The notes beneath the pieces were generated by a model. The model saw only the letters and a list, made by a program, of their open reading frames with translations, was not told the origin of the DNA and did not search any database. The translations under genes were made by a program, and so were the position numbers. From positions 64,001 through 128,000 of the forward strand of contig JBPRGF010000031.1 in the NCBI GenBank assembly GCA_051418015.1: DNA of 64,000 nucleotides. Direction: 5' to 3'. This DNA is from Candidatus Nitrospinota bacterium M3_3B_026 (lineage in GTDB: Bacteria > Nitrospinota_A > UBA7883 > JBPRGF01). Positions 9,366 through 17,332 of this stretch are shown here, piece by piece (within the stretch, counting starts at the first letter, position 1; every line of letters begins with the position of its first letter).

Positions 9366-9788
9366 CTACATGTCCTTGAGCTTCTCGCGGGAGAAGCGCC
9401 TTTCCGAGGCGGTCAAGACCCCCGCCCCGGACCCCGCCGAGGGCGCGCGGGCGGCCCCGGAGAGGGTGACCTCGCCCGCGGCGAGCTTTTCCAAAAACAA
9501 AAGCGCCCTGGCCCGCTCGCCCTCCCACACAGGCGACGGCGCCGAGCGGACGCCGAAGAGCGCCGCGATGGCGAGCCTGGCCGAGGCGTCCCGTATCACC
9601 TCCGGGACGGGGTTGAAGGGGACCGCGTAGACCCTGCCCGCGTAGGAGTCGATCACCGCGTCGGCCTCGTCTACGGCGCGGGCTATCCGCTCCACGTCCA
9701 TGCGGCCTGACCCCGCGGCGCCGGTGAGCATGGCCAGGGTCTCGTCGTCGATCCTCGCCCTGACATCTTCCAGCGTGCTGTATGACAT
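9366..9788 (-). CDS. Mu gp36-like head-tail connector (DUF1320)
   Basis: MSYSTLEDV..., IARAVDEADAVIDSYAGRVYAVPF.PVPEVI, ALLFLEKLAAGEVTL, RRFSREKLKDM. Confidence 0.88.
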   Translation of the reverse strand: MSYSTLEDVRARIDDETLAMLTGAAGSGRMDVERIARAVDEADAVIDSYAGRVYAVPFNPVPEVIRDASARLAIAALFGVRSAPSPVWEGERARALLFLEKLAAGEVTLSGAARAPSAGSGAGVLTASERRFSREKLKDM

Positions 9789-9862
9789 TTTTTACCTTTC
9801 ACGTCTCGCCGGTTTTCCGCCGGCCGCGGGCCGGAGCCGCCAGCCCCGGCCCGGAAAAAAGT

Positions 9863-10849
9863 TTACGCGCCGCCGGTGGAGCCGTAGATCAGCTGCGGCA
9901 GGCCGTAGCCCGCGGCGCCGCGGTAGTCCACGCCGTAGATGTACTCCTTGCGCATGAAGACGTTCTCGTCGTCGGGGCTGTCGAGGGCCACGAACTCGGC
10001 CTCCTTGCGAGTCTGGAGTATGAAAGGTTTAACCGGCTTGCCTAGGCAGGCCAGGAACCAGTACGTGGGGTTGGCGGCGAGCTCCGGGGCGACGACGATG
10101 TCGGCGGAGTTTTTCCAGACGTTGGACTGCCCGCTCGCCGCCAGGTCAGCCCGGACGATGTCGAGGGCCTCCTTCTCGAGCTGCGGCGGGACGATGACGT
10201 GGGTGGGGATGATCCTCATGGGCCGCCCCTCCTCGTTGACCAGGCTCATCATCCCCTGGCGCGCCGTCTCGTAGGCGACGGAGGAGAGGGGGTCGGTCCC
10301 CTTGTTGGACCATGCGGGCAGCGAGCCGTTGGGATGGTCCGTGTCGAAGAAGAGCTGTCCATCGAAGCAGGTCCGCGAAAAGCCCTCGGCCATGAGGCTG
10401 AAGATCAGCTCGTCGGGGTGCTGCTTGGCGTTCTCGGCCAGCTGCGAAAAGAGCGGCGCGTAGACGCCGATGTTGTCGTCCTCGATGTCGTTTCTCGACA
10501 CGGCGACGGTGGCCTCGAAGTCGCGGTTCTTTATGACGAAGCCGTCGCGGGCCAGGTCCTTCACGGCGCGGTCGCCGAGCCACTCGGTCAGCCCCGGCAG
10601 GGCGCCGAGCCAGCGGTACTCCTCCTGGCTGGTCTTGGAGTCGACCCGCATGGCCAAAATGCCGCTGTGGGTGGGGGCGGCCTCGTAGGCCTTGGAGAAG
10701 ACGGTCTTGAACCCGCGCATGGTGTCGCTCAGGGTGGAGCGGTTTATCACCGGCCCCAGGACAAGCGGCAGCAGCTCCGCCCCGGCGGCGTCCGCGCCCC
10801 CGGAAAGAAGCGGTATCGCGGCGAGAAGTATCAGCGCTATGTAACCCAT
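9863..10849 (-). CDS. Mu-like major capsid protein gpT with a hydrophobic N-terminal extension
   Basis: EEYRWLGALPGLTEWLGDR, IKNRDFEATVAVSRNDIEDDNIGVY, HPDELIF, CFDGQLFFDTDHP, KPFILQTRK, YGVDYRGAAGYGLPQL. Alternative starts at 10870 and 10750. Confidence 0.93.
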   Translation of the reverse strand: MGYIALILLAAIPLLSGGADAAGAELLPLVLGPVINRSTLSDTMRGFKTVFSKAYEAAPTHSGILAMRVDSKTSQEEYRWLGALPGLTEWLGDRAVKDLARDGFVIKNRDFEATVAVSRNDIEDDNIGVYAPLFSQLAENAKQHPDELIFSLMAEGFSRTCFDGQLFFDTDHPNGSLPAWSNKGTDPLSSVAYETARQGMMSLVNEEGRPMRIIPTHVIVPPQLEKEALDIVRADLAASGQSNVWKNSADIVVAPELAANPTYWFLACLGKPVKPFILQTRKEAEFVALDSPDDENVFMRKEYIYGVDYRGAAGYGLPQLIYGSTGGA

Positions 10850-10885
10850 CCTTTTTTCCTTTCCGTTCATGGTTTTCGATCTTGC

Positions 10886-11536
10886 CTAGCCGCGGGCGGC
10901 GCCCAGGATGTCGACGTAGACCGACGAGGCGGAGACGGCCTCCGCGATCCTGCCCGCGCGGACGTGGCGCAGCTGGATCGTGTCGGACTGGTCGGTCCCC
11001 GGCAGCGACGCGGCGGTTACCTTCGCCAGGATCATCGACCCGTCGGCCGCGGTGAGGACGAAAGAGCCCCCCGCGGAGACGTCCACCGCCGCTCCTCCGC
11101 CGAAGCTCAACGACGTCGAGGCGGCGGTGTAGGCCAGCTGGCGCGAGCCGCCCATGCTCATGGGGACGCGCTCGAGGGTGACGCCGGTGACGTTCACCGG
11201 CTGGGCGGCTATGCCGTGGCCGACGGTGTTGTCGTCGACGACGTATACGTCCGCGCCGGTGTCGGCCTGGGTCATGCCGGAGGCGTTGTACTCGAACACC
11301 CCCTCCCTGCGCCCGAGGACGAGGACGTCGCCCGCGGCGCCCGTGGAGTTGTCGGCCCGCTCGTCGGCCTTGCCGGCGAAGGCGAAGGACGCGTCGTCGG
11401 CCGCCGGGACGGCGCGGCCGGATGAATCCAGGCAGACCAGCGCCCCGGCGTATATCACCGCCGCCGCGGCCACGGGATGGGCGAAAAGAGTCCCGTCCTT
11501 TCTCGCGGTTTTTCTGTCTTCTGTGAGGTTCGCCAC
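10886..11536 (-). CDS. Capsid decoration/cement protein (Mu-like siphophage type)
   Basis: LTEDRKT.RKDG...PVAAAAVIYAGALV, ADNSTGAAGD, QADTGADVYVVDDNTV; lies between the protease and capsid genes. Confidence 0.75.
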   Translation of the reverse strand: MANLTEDRKTARKDGTLFAHPVAAAAVIYAGALVCLDSSGRAVPAADDASFAFAGKADERADNSTGAAGDVLVLGRREGVFEYNASGMTQADTGADVYVVDDNTVGHGIAAQPVNVTGVTLERVPMSMGGSRQLAYTAASTSLSFGGGAAVDVSAGGSFVLTAADGSMILAKVTAASLPGTDQSDTIQLRHVRAGRIAEAVSASSVYVDILGAARG

Positions 11537-11581
11537 TTTTCTTTTCCTTTCCTTGTTAGCGTTTTCGTTGGGCCGGGCGGA

Positions 11582-12499
11582 TCAGCCGCCGTACCTGCGG
11601 AAATCCTCCTCGGATATGTTCAGCAGGCGCATGACGTCTCGCTCGCCCTCAGTCAGCGAGGGCTCGGGCCGCGCCGCGCCGCATTCGGTCATCACGCCGC
11701 CGACGGGTACCATCGGCCCGGAGTTGACCAGGAACATCCGCAGCGACTCCGGGTTCGACGCGCCCAGGCTGACGGCCCACTCCCTCTGGCTCGGGCGCAG
11801 CCTGCCCGCCGCCACGGCGTCGTTGACCATCCGCTCGACCCTCCCCTCGGCGGCCTCCGCGGCGCGCCCGGCAAGGGCCGCGATCCTCTCCCGCGCCTCG
11901 TCGTCCGTGGCCTCCGGGGTCAGCCCCAGGAGGGCGGCGGCGGAGCCGAGCAGTGAGACGAGGCTCGCGGGCTCGCGCTCCTGCGACAGTTTTTTTGCCG
12001 TCTCCAGGATCTGTTCCTCCGGCGCGTCCGGGGCGAGCCCCAGCGCCTTCCTGATCCTTGTTCTGAAACTTTCCTTCATCGTCTTCTCCTCTCTTGAGAT
12101 TTCGTTTGAGAGCGGGGGCATGGCGCCTATGTTCGGGTGGTTGGTGAGCCCCAGCCCCACGAGGCCCGTGATCCGCCCGTCCCGCGCCTCGAAGACCGGC
12201 GAAAGGTACATGTACTCGCGGCGCGCGATCAGCCCGCGGGCCGCGTCCGTCCACTCGATCGGCGCGACAATGCCATCCTCGGCGAGGCGCGCCTTCCCGG
12301 TCATCACCCACCCGGCGGCGGGGGCGTGGCCGCATTCGTTCATGGACTCGTGCCGGTAGTCGACGGCCAGGGGGCGGCCGAGGCTCCGCAGCTTCTCGAG
12401 GATCGCGGCGGCGGCGGCGCGGTCTATCACCTGCTCGCCCAGTGGATGGGGGAACGACCCCAGCGGGACGATCAGCGTCTTCATCGCGGCGCCGCTCAT
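11582..12499 (-). CDS. Mu gpI-like prohead protease/scaffold (305 aa)
   Basis: LAVDYRH, APAAGWV, IEWTDAARGLI..REYMYLSPVF, GLTNHPNI; helical scaffold C-terminus. Start overlaps the portal stop. The ORF-track extension to 13258 is spurious. Confidence 0.88.
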   Translation of the reverse strand: MSGAAMKTLIVPLGSFPHPLGEQVIDRAAAAAILEKLRSLGRPLAVDYRHESMNECGHAPAAGWVMTGKARLAEDGIVAPIEWTDAARGLIARREYMYLSPVFEARDGRITGLVGLGLTNHPNIGAMPPLSNEISREEKTMKESFRTRIRKALGLAPDAPEEQILETAKKLSQEREPASLVSLLGSAAALLGLTPEATDDEARERIAALAGRAAEAAEGRVERMVNDAVAAGRLRPSQREWAVSLGASNPESLRMFLVNSGPMVPVGGVMTECGAARPEPSLTEGERDVMRLLNISEEDFRRYGG

Positions 12500-13749
12500 C
12501 GGGACGCCTCCCCCGCGCCCGCCGGGGCGCCGGTCAGCGTCTCGTCCAGGTCGCCCAGGATCGGCACGCCGGTTATCTCCGCGAAGACACGGGCCGGCAC
12601 CTTCGCCCCCATCTCCACGAGCCTGCGCGCCTGCTCGAGGCGCGCCTCCGCCTCGGCGTGGCTCGAGAGCCGGGTAATGATTTTCGGATACCTTTTCCGC
12701 GGGCCGAAGTTGAAGTCCACCAGCGGCCGGACGATGTCCTGGGTCAGCGTCTCGTCCAGGGCGCCGCAGTCGTAGGCGACGATGTCGCTTCTCACGCGCT
12801 CGTGGACCCTGCCGAGGGCGTAAGAGGAGCCTGAGCCCTGGCCCCCCTCGGTGGTGAGGGTCTGCCCGAGGAGCCTTTTCGACTTCTGGCGGTTGAAAAA
12901 CTCCGCCGCCTCGCGGAACAGCTTGTGGTCGCCTGCGAGGGCGGAGTGGATGAACTCGATCGTCGTGTCCTCTGAGATCACCGCCGCCGCGTCGGACCCG
13001 AGCTGGGATACGGCCCTGCGCAGCGCCTCCCGGGCGCCCTCGTCGGCGGTCTTTTTGTACTTGCCGAGGCGCAGGGGGATGCCGTAGACGTCCATGAAGG
13101 AGAGCCAGTCCTTGATGGTGAAGTTCGTGAAGAGGTAGTACCACGATATCCCCCGGTAGAGCCCCGTCTTCAGGAAGACCTCCGGGCCGCGCCCGGCGGA
13201 ATGGAGGATGAACTTCTCCCTCGGCAGATCGACTGCCCGCCCCTCCGGCGAGACCCACGCGGGGAAGCCGCGGAGCCTGCCGGGCTCCTCCGGGTCCGCG
13301 AAGGTGAACAGCGCCTGGGGGCGGGGGAGTATGTCTTTTATGACCGCCGTCCCCTCCGAGGCGTCCCAGAGGATCTCCGCCACGGCGAACCCGTGGGTGA
13401 CGGCGCTCATCAGCGAGGCCGCCAGCTCCCGGCGCCGGGGGATGTTGTCGAGCGCCTCGCGGACGAAGAGGGCGATCCTCTCGTCCTCGTCCGACGACGA
13501 CGCCGGGATGACGTCCCGCTCCCTCGATGCCGCGGCCAGCAGCCGCGTCTGCGTCACGGCGCCGAGGTGCAGGTCTCGCTCGGCCATCTCGTCGAACAGC
13601 GCCATCGCCTCCGCCGTCTCGCCCTCGTCCAGGGCGCGCAGTATGCCCGCCAGGCGGGCGGGCGTCAGGTTTCTTACCGCGCTTCCGTCCATGGCCGGCG
13701 GTCGTCCGGAGGGGATGATCTCCCCCGGTGCGGGCCTTCTTTTTTTCAT
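12496..13749 (-). CDS. Mu gp29-like portal protein (DUF935)
   Basis: LTPARLAGILR, EMAERDLHL, KDWLSFMDVYGIPLRLGKY, SKRLLGQTLTT, SYALGRVHERVR. In-frame ATG further upstream at 13779. Confidence 0.92.
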   Translation of the reverse strand: MKKRRPAPGEIIPSGRPPAMDGSAVRNLTPARLAGILRALDEGETAEAMALFDEMAERDLHLGAVTQTRLLAAASRERDVIPASSSDEDERIALFVREALDNIPRRRELAASLMSAVTHGFAVAEILWDASEGTAVIKDILPRPQALFTFADPEEPGRLRGFPAWVSPEGRAVDLPREKFILHSAGRGPEVFLKTGLYRGISWYYLFTNFTIKDWLSFMDVYGIPLRLGKYKKTADEGAREALRRAVSQLGSDAAAVISEDTTIEFIHSALAGDHKLFREAAEFFNRQKSKRLLGQTLTTEGGQGSGSSYALGRVHERVRSDIVAYDCGALDETLTQDIVRPLVDFNFGPRKRYPKIITRLSSHAEAEARLEQARRLVEMGAKVPARVFAEITGVPILGDLDETLTGAPAGAGEASR

Positions 13750-13765
13750 GGCGTTCCTTTCCTTG

Positions 13766-15304
13766 CTAGAAGTTGACAAGCCGCGTCCGCCTTTCGATGG
13801 ACTCGTAGTCCGCGCCGCGCCCCGGGCCGCCGTCCTTCGCGGCGTTGACGGCCAGGGCCAGCGCCCAGGCGAGGTCTGAGTGGTGGCCGGTCTCCGCGGC
13901 GTGGTAGAGAGGCGTCCCGGAGGCGGAAAAACCCTCGCGGATGGCGGTGATGTGCGACACCAGGTCCCTGTCCGCCGGGATGACGAGCCCGCCGCCGTCG
14001 AAGGCGGCGCTCAGCCCGCCGACGAGGGCCGCCTTGGACCTTGCGGTGAAGACGAACCCCTCCGCCGCGCCGGGCCAGTCCGCCTCCATCCGTTCGGCCA
14101 ACTCCATGCCCATGCCTGTGGAGTCGATTTTCAGGCGGACGGCGCCCGCGCCCATCAGCCCGTCGAGGGCGGCCTTCTGCTCCCGGAACGGCGCGCCGGA
14201 GACCAGCGCCGCCATCCTGGTATAAAGCCTGTTACCAACCCTGTCGAGGACGGCCAGCGCCGCGCCGTCCCGCCTCCTGCCTGGGTCGTACCCCGCGTAA
14301 AGCGCGCCCTTGCGGACGGCCGCGAGCCAGCGCCAGGCCGCCCGGCCCGGAAGGATGCTCAGTTTCAGAAAGGAAAGCGGCGCGTCCGCCTCCGGGCCGA
14401 AGTCCGCCTCGGCGCATCTGATGACAAGCTCCTGGGGGATCGCCGCGTCGTCGGCGCCCGCGAAGACCAGCTCCGACTCGCGCCGGAACACCATCGAAGG
14501 CATCGACTCGTGGACCGACCGCAGCGCGGGCGTTCCGAATATTTTCACCCTCCTCGCCGTCGCCATTCCCGGCGCCTCGATTGCGGCGCGGGCGACGTCC
14601 GAGCAGAGGGCCGACGAGAGCCACCAGGGGACCTCGAACCTTGAGAATCCCGGGTACTTGCCCGAGCATATCTCGTGGAAGACCCCCCGCGCGGCAAGCG
14701 GCGTCGACTCGACGGCGAGCTGGCTCCCCTCGTCCCTCGCGATGACGTGGAGGGCGCCTTCGTATATCCTCCGCTGCGCCAGGCAGTGCGGCAGCTCCGA
14801 TATCCCCACGTCGCCGCCCCTGCCCCTTGGCGCCTTCGCCGCAAGCGACCGCAAGACCGAGCGCCGCCCGCGGGAGTCCTCGAAGGCGATCTCGTCCTTC
14901 GACCGCGCGATCGTCCTCAGGCGCCAGCCCGGCGGGAGGGAGTCGGCCATTTCCCGGGCGTATTCGATCTTGCCCCGCGCCTCTTCGCGGTTCATGCTGA
15001 CGAAGACGCCGCTGTATGGCGGGAACAGCTGCGCGCGGATGAACATCCTGGCCGTCATGATCCACGACCCTCCCACGCGCCTGCTTTTGAGGATGGAGGT
15101 GAGTCTCGCCTCCGAGCGCAGGAAGGCCTCCTGCCACGGGTCGAGCCTGACCGGCTCATCGCCCGCGCGGAGGAAGGCTTCGGCGAAGTTGGCCGGGTCA
15201 GCCAGCCATTCCAGAAGCCGCGCGCGCTCCGGCCGTTCCTTCGCGATCGCGGCGGGCGCGGGCCGCCCTTTCGCGGGCGAGCCTCGATAGGCGCTCGATC
15301 TCAT
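13766..15304 (-). CDS. Mu gp28-like terminase large subunit
   Basis: LDPWQ, Walker A KSRRVGGSW, Walker-B region GDVGISE, ESTP motif, nuclease GYDPGRRRD, IDSTGMG, HSDLAWALALA. Confidence 0.88.
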   Translation of the reverse strand: MRSSAYRGSPAKGRPAPAAIAKERPERARLLEWLADPANFAEAFLRAGDEPVRLDPWQEAFLRSEARLTSILKSRRVGGSWIMTARMFIRAQLFPPYSGVFVSMNREEARGKIEYAREMADSLPPGWRLRTIARSKDEIAFEDSRGRRSVLRSLAAKAPRGRGGDVGISELPHCLAQRRIYEGALHVIARDEGSQLAVESTPLAARGVFHEICSGKYPGFSRFEVPWWLSSALCSDVARAAIEAPGMATARRVKIFGTPALRSVHESMPSMVFRRESELVFAGADDAAIPQELVIRCAEADFGPEADAPLSFLKLSILPGRAAWRWLAAVRKGALYAGYDPGRRRDGAALAVLDRVGNRLYTRMAALVSGAPFREQKAALDGLMGAGAVRLKIDSTGMGMELAERMEADWPGAAEGFVFTARSKAALVGGLSAAFDGGGLVIPADRDLVSHITAIREGFSASGTPLYHAAETGHHSDLAWALALAVNAAKDGGPGRGADYESIERRTRLVNF

Positions 15305-15899
15305 TTTTCTCCCTCGCTAGTTCTTTCACGTTTTCCGCGCCGAAGGTCTTCGACGCCCATTCGGTAAAGCCATCCCTTGCCGCCTCGGCGGAGGATCGGG
15401 CCTCGCCGCGGAGCATCGACAGCACCTTCTCGAAAGCCGAGCTTGCCGCGCGGAGGGCGATCCTGGCCGCCTCGGAGTCCCCGCCCGCCCCGTTCGCCTT
15501 CGACTTTGCCAGGCGCGCCGAGCGGTAGGAGAGGTCCAGCTTGAGGATGTTCTCCATCGTCATCGCCGCCAGGGGGTCGGCGGCGTCCGCGTAGCGGCGG
15601 AGGATGTCGCGGTAGACGGCGTTCTCCAGGACAGCCGCCATGTCCTCCACGTCCGCGCCCTCGCGGGCCTTTTTCAAAAAATCCTCGACGATCCGCGCCC
15701 CCTCGCGCTTGACCCGCGAGCGGGTGGAAAACTGGGTGGATATCTTCTCCATCGCCTCCTGGACGACCTTGATGGTCGCCTCCCGCTCGGCGCAGACCTG
15801 GTCGTGGACGGTCTTCAGGTCGAGCCCCTTGACGACTCCGGCCTTTATGGCCGCCCACTGCGGGCGGGAGAGCCTGGAGAGGGTGTTGACGCTACTCAT
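15198..15899 (-). CDS. Putative terminase small subunit / Mu gp27-position helical protein
   Basis: Helical 233-aa protein immediately upstream of, and overlapping, terL; assigned by position. Confidence 0.55.
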   Translation of the reverse strand: MSSVNTLSRLSRPQWAAIKAGVVKGLDLKTVHDQVCAEREATIKVVQEAMEKISTQFSTRSRVKREGARIVEDFLKKAREGADVEDMAAVLENAVYRDILRRYADAADPLAAMTMENILKLDLSYRSARLAKSKANGAGGDSEAARIALRAASSAFEKVLSMLRGEARSSAEAARDGFTEWASKTFGAENVKELAREKNEIERLSRLARERAARARRDREGTAGARAASGMAG

Positions 15900-16491
15900 C
15901 GCCGGCCACTCCCGGGTCGCTGGCGTTCCCTTCCAGAAGGTCCATCCCCTTCGCCGTTATCCTGGCCAGGAAAACCAGGTCGCCGCTCAGCGGGCTGGTC
16001 CTCATCTCCAGCAGCCCCTTGCCGTCGAGGTACCAGATGTGGAGCCTGGCCTGCTCGATGATGACGCCGGCCATGCCCATCTCCTTGAGCTCGTGGTGTA
16101 TCTCGTCGTCGGCGTTGAAAGAGTCCGGGAACTGGCGGCAGTAGGCCAGGATGGCCCTGCGTATCTGCCTTTTGCCCGCCAGGGCCGCAAGGTCCGGCGA
16201 CGCCGGGAGGATGCCCCGGTCGGATACGGCGCCCTCCACCACGTCCAGGCCGCTCGCGGTGATCCTGGCCGTGACGGCGCCTGACCGGGAGCGGTTCGCC
16301 GCCACGTATCCCTTCTTTTCAAGGTAGGCGAAGCAATCGCGGACCTTGCCGGCGTCGAGGCCGGGCAGGCTCTCCTTCAGCGCCGCGGCGATCCCCCTGT
16401 CCGACTGCGGGAACAGGTAGAGGTCCGCCAGCAGGCAGAGGATTCTCTTTCTCAGGTGTCTTGTCCTTGTCGTCTTGTTCGATGGGGGCAT
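15892..16491 (-). CDS. Protein made of two tandem Mu gp26-like winged-helix domains
   Basis: Internal repeat: AYLEKKGYV...ARITASGLDVVEGAVSDRGI vs WYLDGKGLL...ARITAKGMDLLEGNASDPGV. Confidence 0.72.
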   Translation of the reverse strand: MPPSNKTTRTRHLRKRILCLLADLYLFPQSDRGIAAALKESLPGLDAGKVRDCFAYLEKKGYVAANRSRSGAVTARITASGLDVVEGAVSDRGILPASPDLAALAGKRQIRRAILAYCRQFPDSFNADDEIHHELKEMGMAGVIIEQARLHIWYLDGKGLLEMRTSPLSGDLVFLARITAKGMDLLEGNASDPGVAGDE

Positions 16492-16492
16492 G

Positions 16493-16966
16493 TCAGCTCT
16501 CGGCTCCCGTCCGTGTCAGGTGGTTGTAGATGGTCTCCACTTTCTCGTTGAGGTTGGCGGAAAGGAGGCGGAACTCGTCCTGGCGGATCATCCTGCCGCG
16601 CAGGCAGGCGATCCTGGCCGCCATCCTGCGCTCCGCCGCTTTTATCCTCGCGCCGTTTTCCCGCTCCAGGCGGGCGATCTCGGCGTCCCTGGCCCGCGCC
16701 ATCCGGTCGACCTTGTCCGAAAGCTCCCTGATCTCCTCGCGGGTCCTGTCGACCATGTCGCGGAAGCCTCTCTCCGTCCTGTAGCTGTGGTCGCCGATCA
16801 TGGCGGCCATCCTGGCCTGGAGGGCGGCGACGTTTTTGGCGTTGGCGCCGATTTTCTCCTCCATGCCGGAGAGGGTCCTTTTCACGAGGGCGGCGAGGAC
16901 CGGCCAGGCAAGGCCCGCCAGAGCTATCACAACCCCCGAGCCGTGGTCCAGGGCCGCGCCGGTCAT
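16493..16966 (-). CDS. Membrane-anchored coiled-coil protein (Mu gp25-position)
   Basis: GGGAGG RBS; single N-terminal TM segment (VVIALAGLAWPVLAALV) and a long coiled coil ending RQDEFRLLSANLNEKVETIY. Confidence 0.65.
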   Translation of the reverse strand: MTGAALDHGSGVVIALAGLAWPVLAALVKRTLSGMEEKIGANAKNVAALQARMAAMIGDHSYRTERGFRDMVDRTREEIRELSDKVDRMARARDAEIARLERENGARIKAAERRMAARIACLRGRMIRQDEFRLLSANLNEKVETIYNHLTRTGAES

Positions 16967-17139
16967 CGGAGCGCCTCCCGAAGGCGCGGGCGGGACGGCG
17001 GCGCCGGAAGGGCCCCCGAGCGCCGGGCGTGCGGCCTTGTGGCGGGGAGCCGGTGGGCGCCATGGGGGAGGGATCCGGGGCCTGAAAAGTTCCCGGACAT
17101 CGCAGCGTTCGGGAGCCTGTCCCGCGTCGTCGTCCTCAT
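16963..17139 (-). CDS. Possible small ORF (58 aa) at the head of the phage-derived operon
   Basis: AGGAGG RBS, MRTTTRDRLPNAAMSG...; stop overlaps the next ATG. The sequence is low-complexity and may be non-coding. Confidence 0.3.
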   Translation of the reverse strand: MRTTTRDRLPNAAMSGNFSGPGSLPHGAHRLPATRPHARRSGALPAPPSRPRLREALR

Positions 17140-17332
17140 CCTCGCCTCCTTCTTTCAAAAAACATCAACCAGCAAATCCCGGACGGACCGTCCGTCCGGC
17201 GCGGCCTCTACGGCCACGAGGCGCATGTTAATAAGCCCGGCGGCGGGATGAAACGGAAGGTGAAACAGAAGAAGAAAAAGGAGAACCTGAAAAACCTGAA
17301 AAAGGGCGCCGTGGTTTTTTTGGGCGTCTCAA

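Larger units (their letters stand above)
2276..17139 (-). mobile_element. Mu-like phage-derived structural/packaging gene cluster (defective prophage or GTA-like domesticated element)
   Basis: Co-directional, tightly packed Mu-type gene order: gp25-, gp26- and gp27-like, terminase, DUF935 portal, protease I, decoration, gpT, gp36, tail-tip, fibres, endolysin. No early genes are recognisable. Confidence 0.88.

Noticed and set aside
9863..10870. Encapsulin nanocompartment
   Set aside because: The sequence is Mu gpT-type and is accompanied by portal, terminase and protease genes.
2276..17139. Complete inducible Mu-like prophage
   Set aside because: No transposase, repressor, replication or tail-shaft genes, and no recognisable TG...CA ends with repeated transposase-binding sites.
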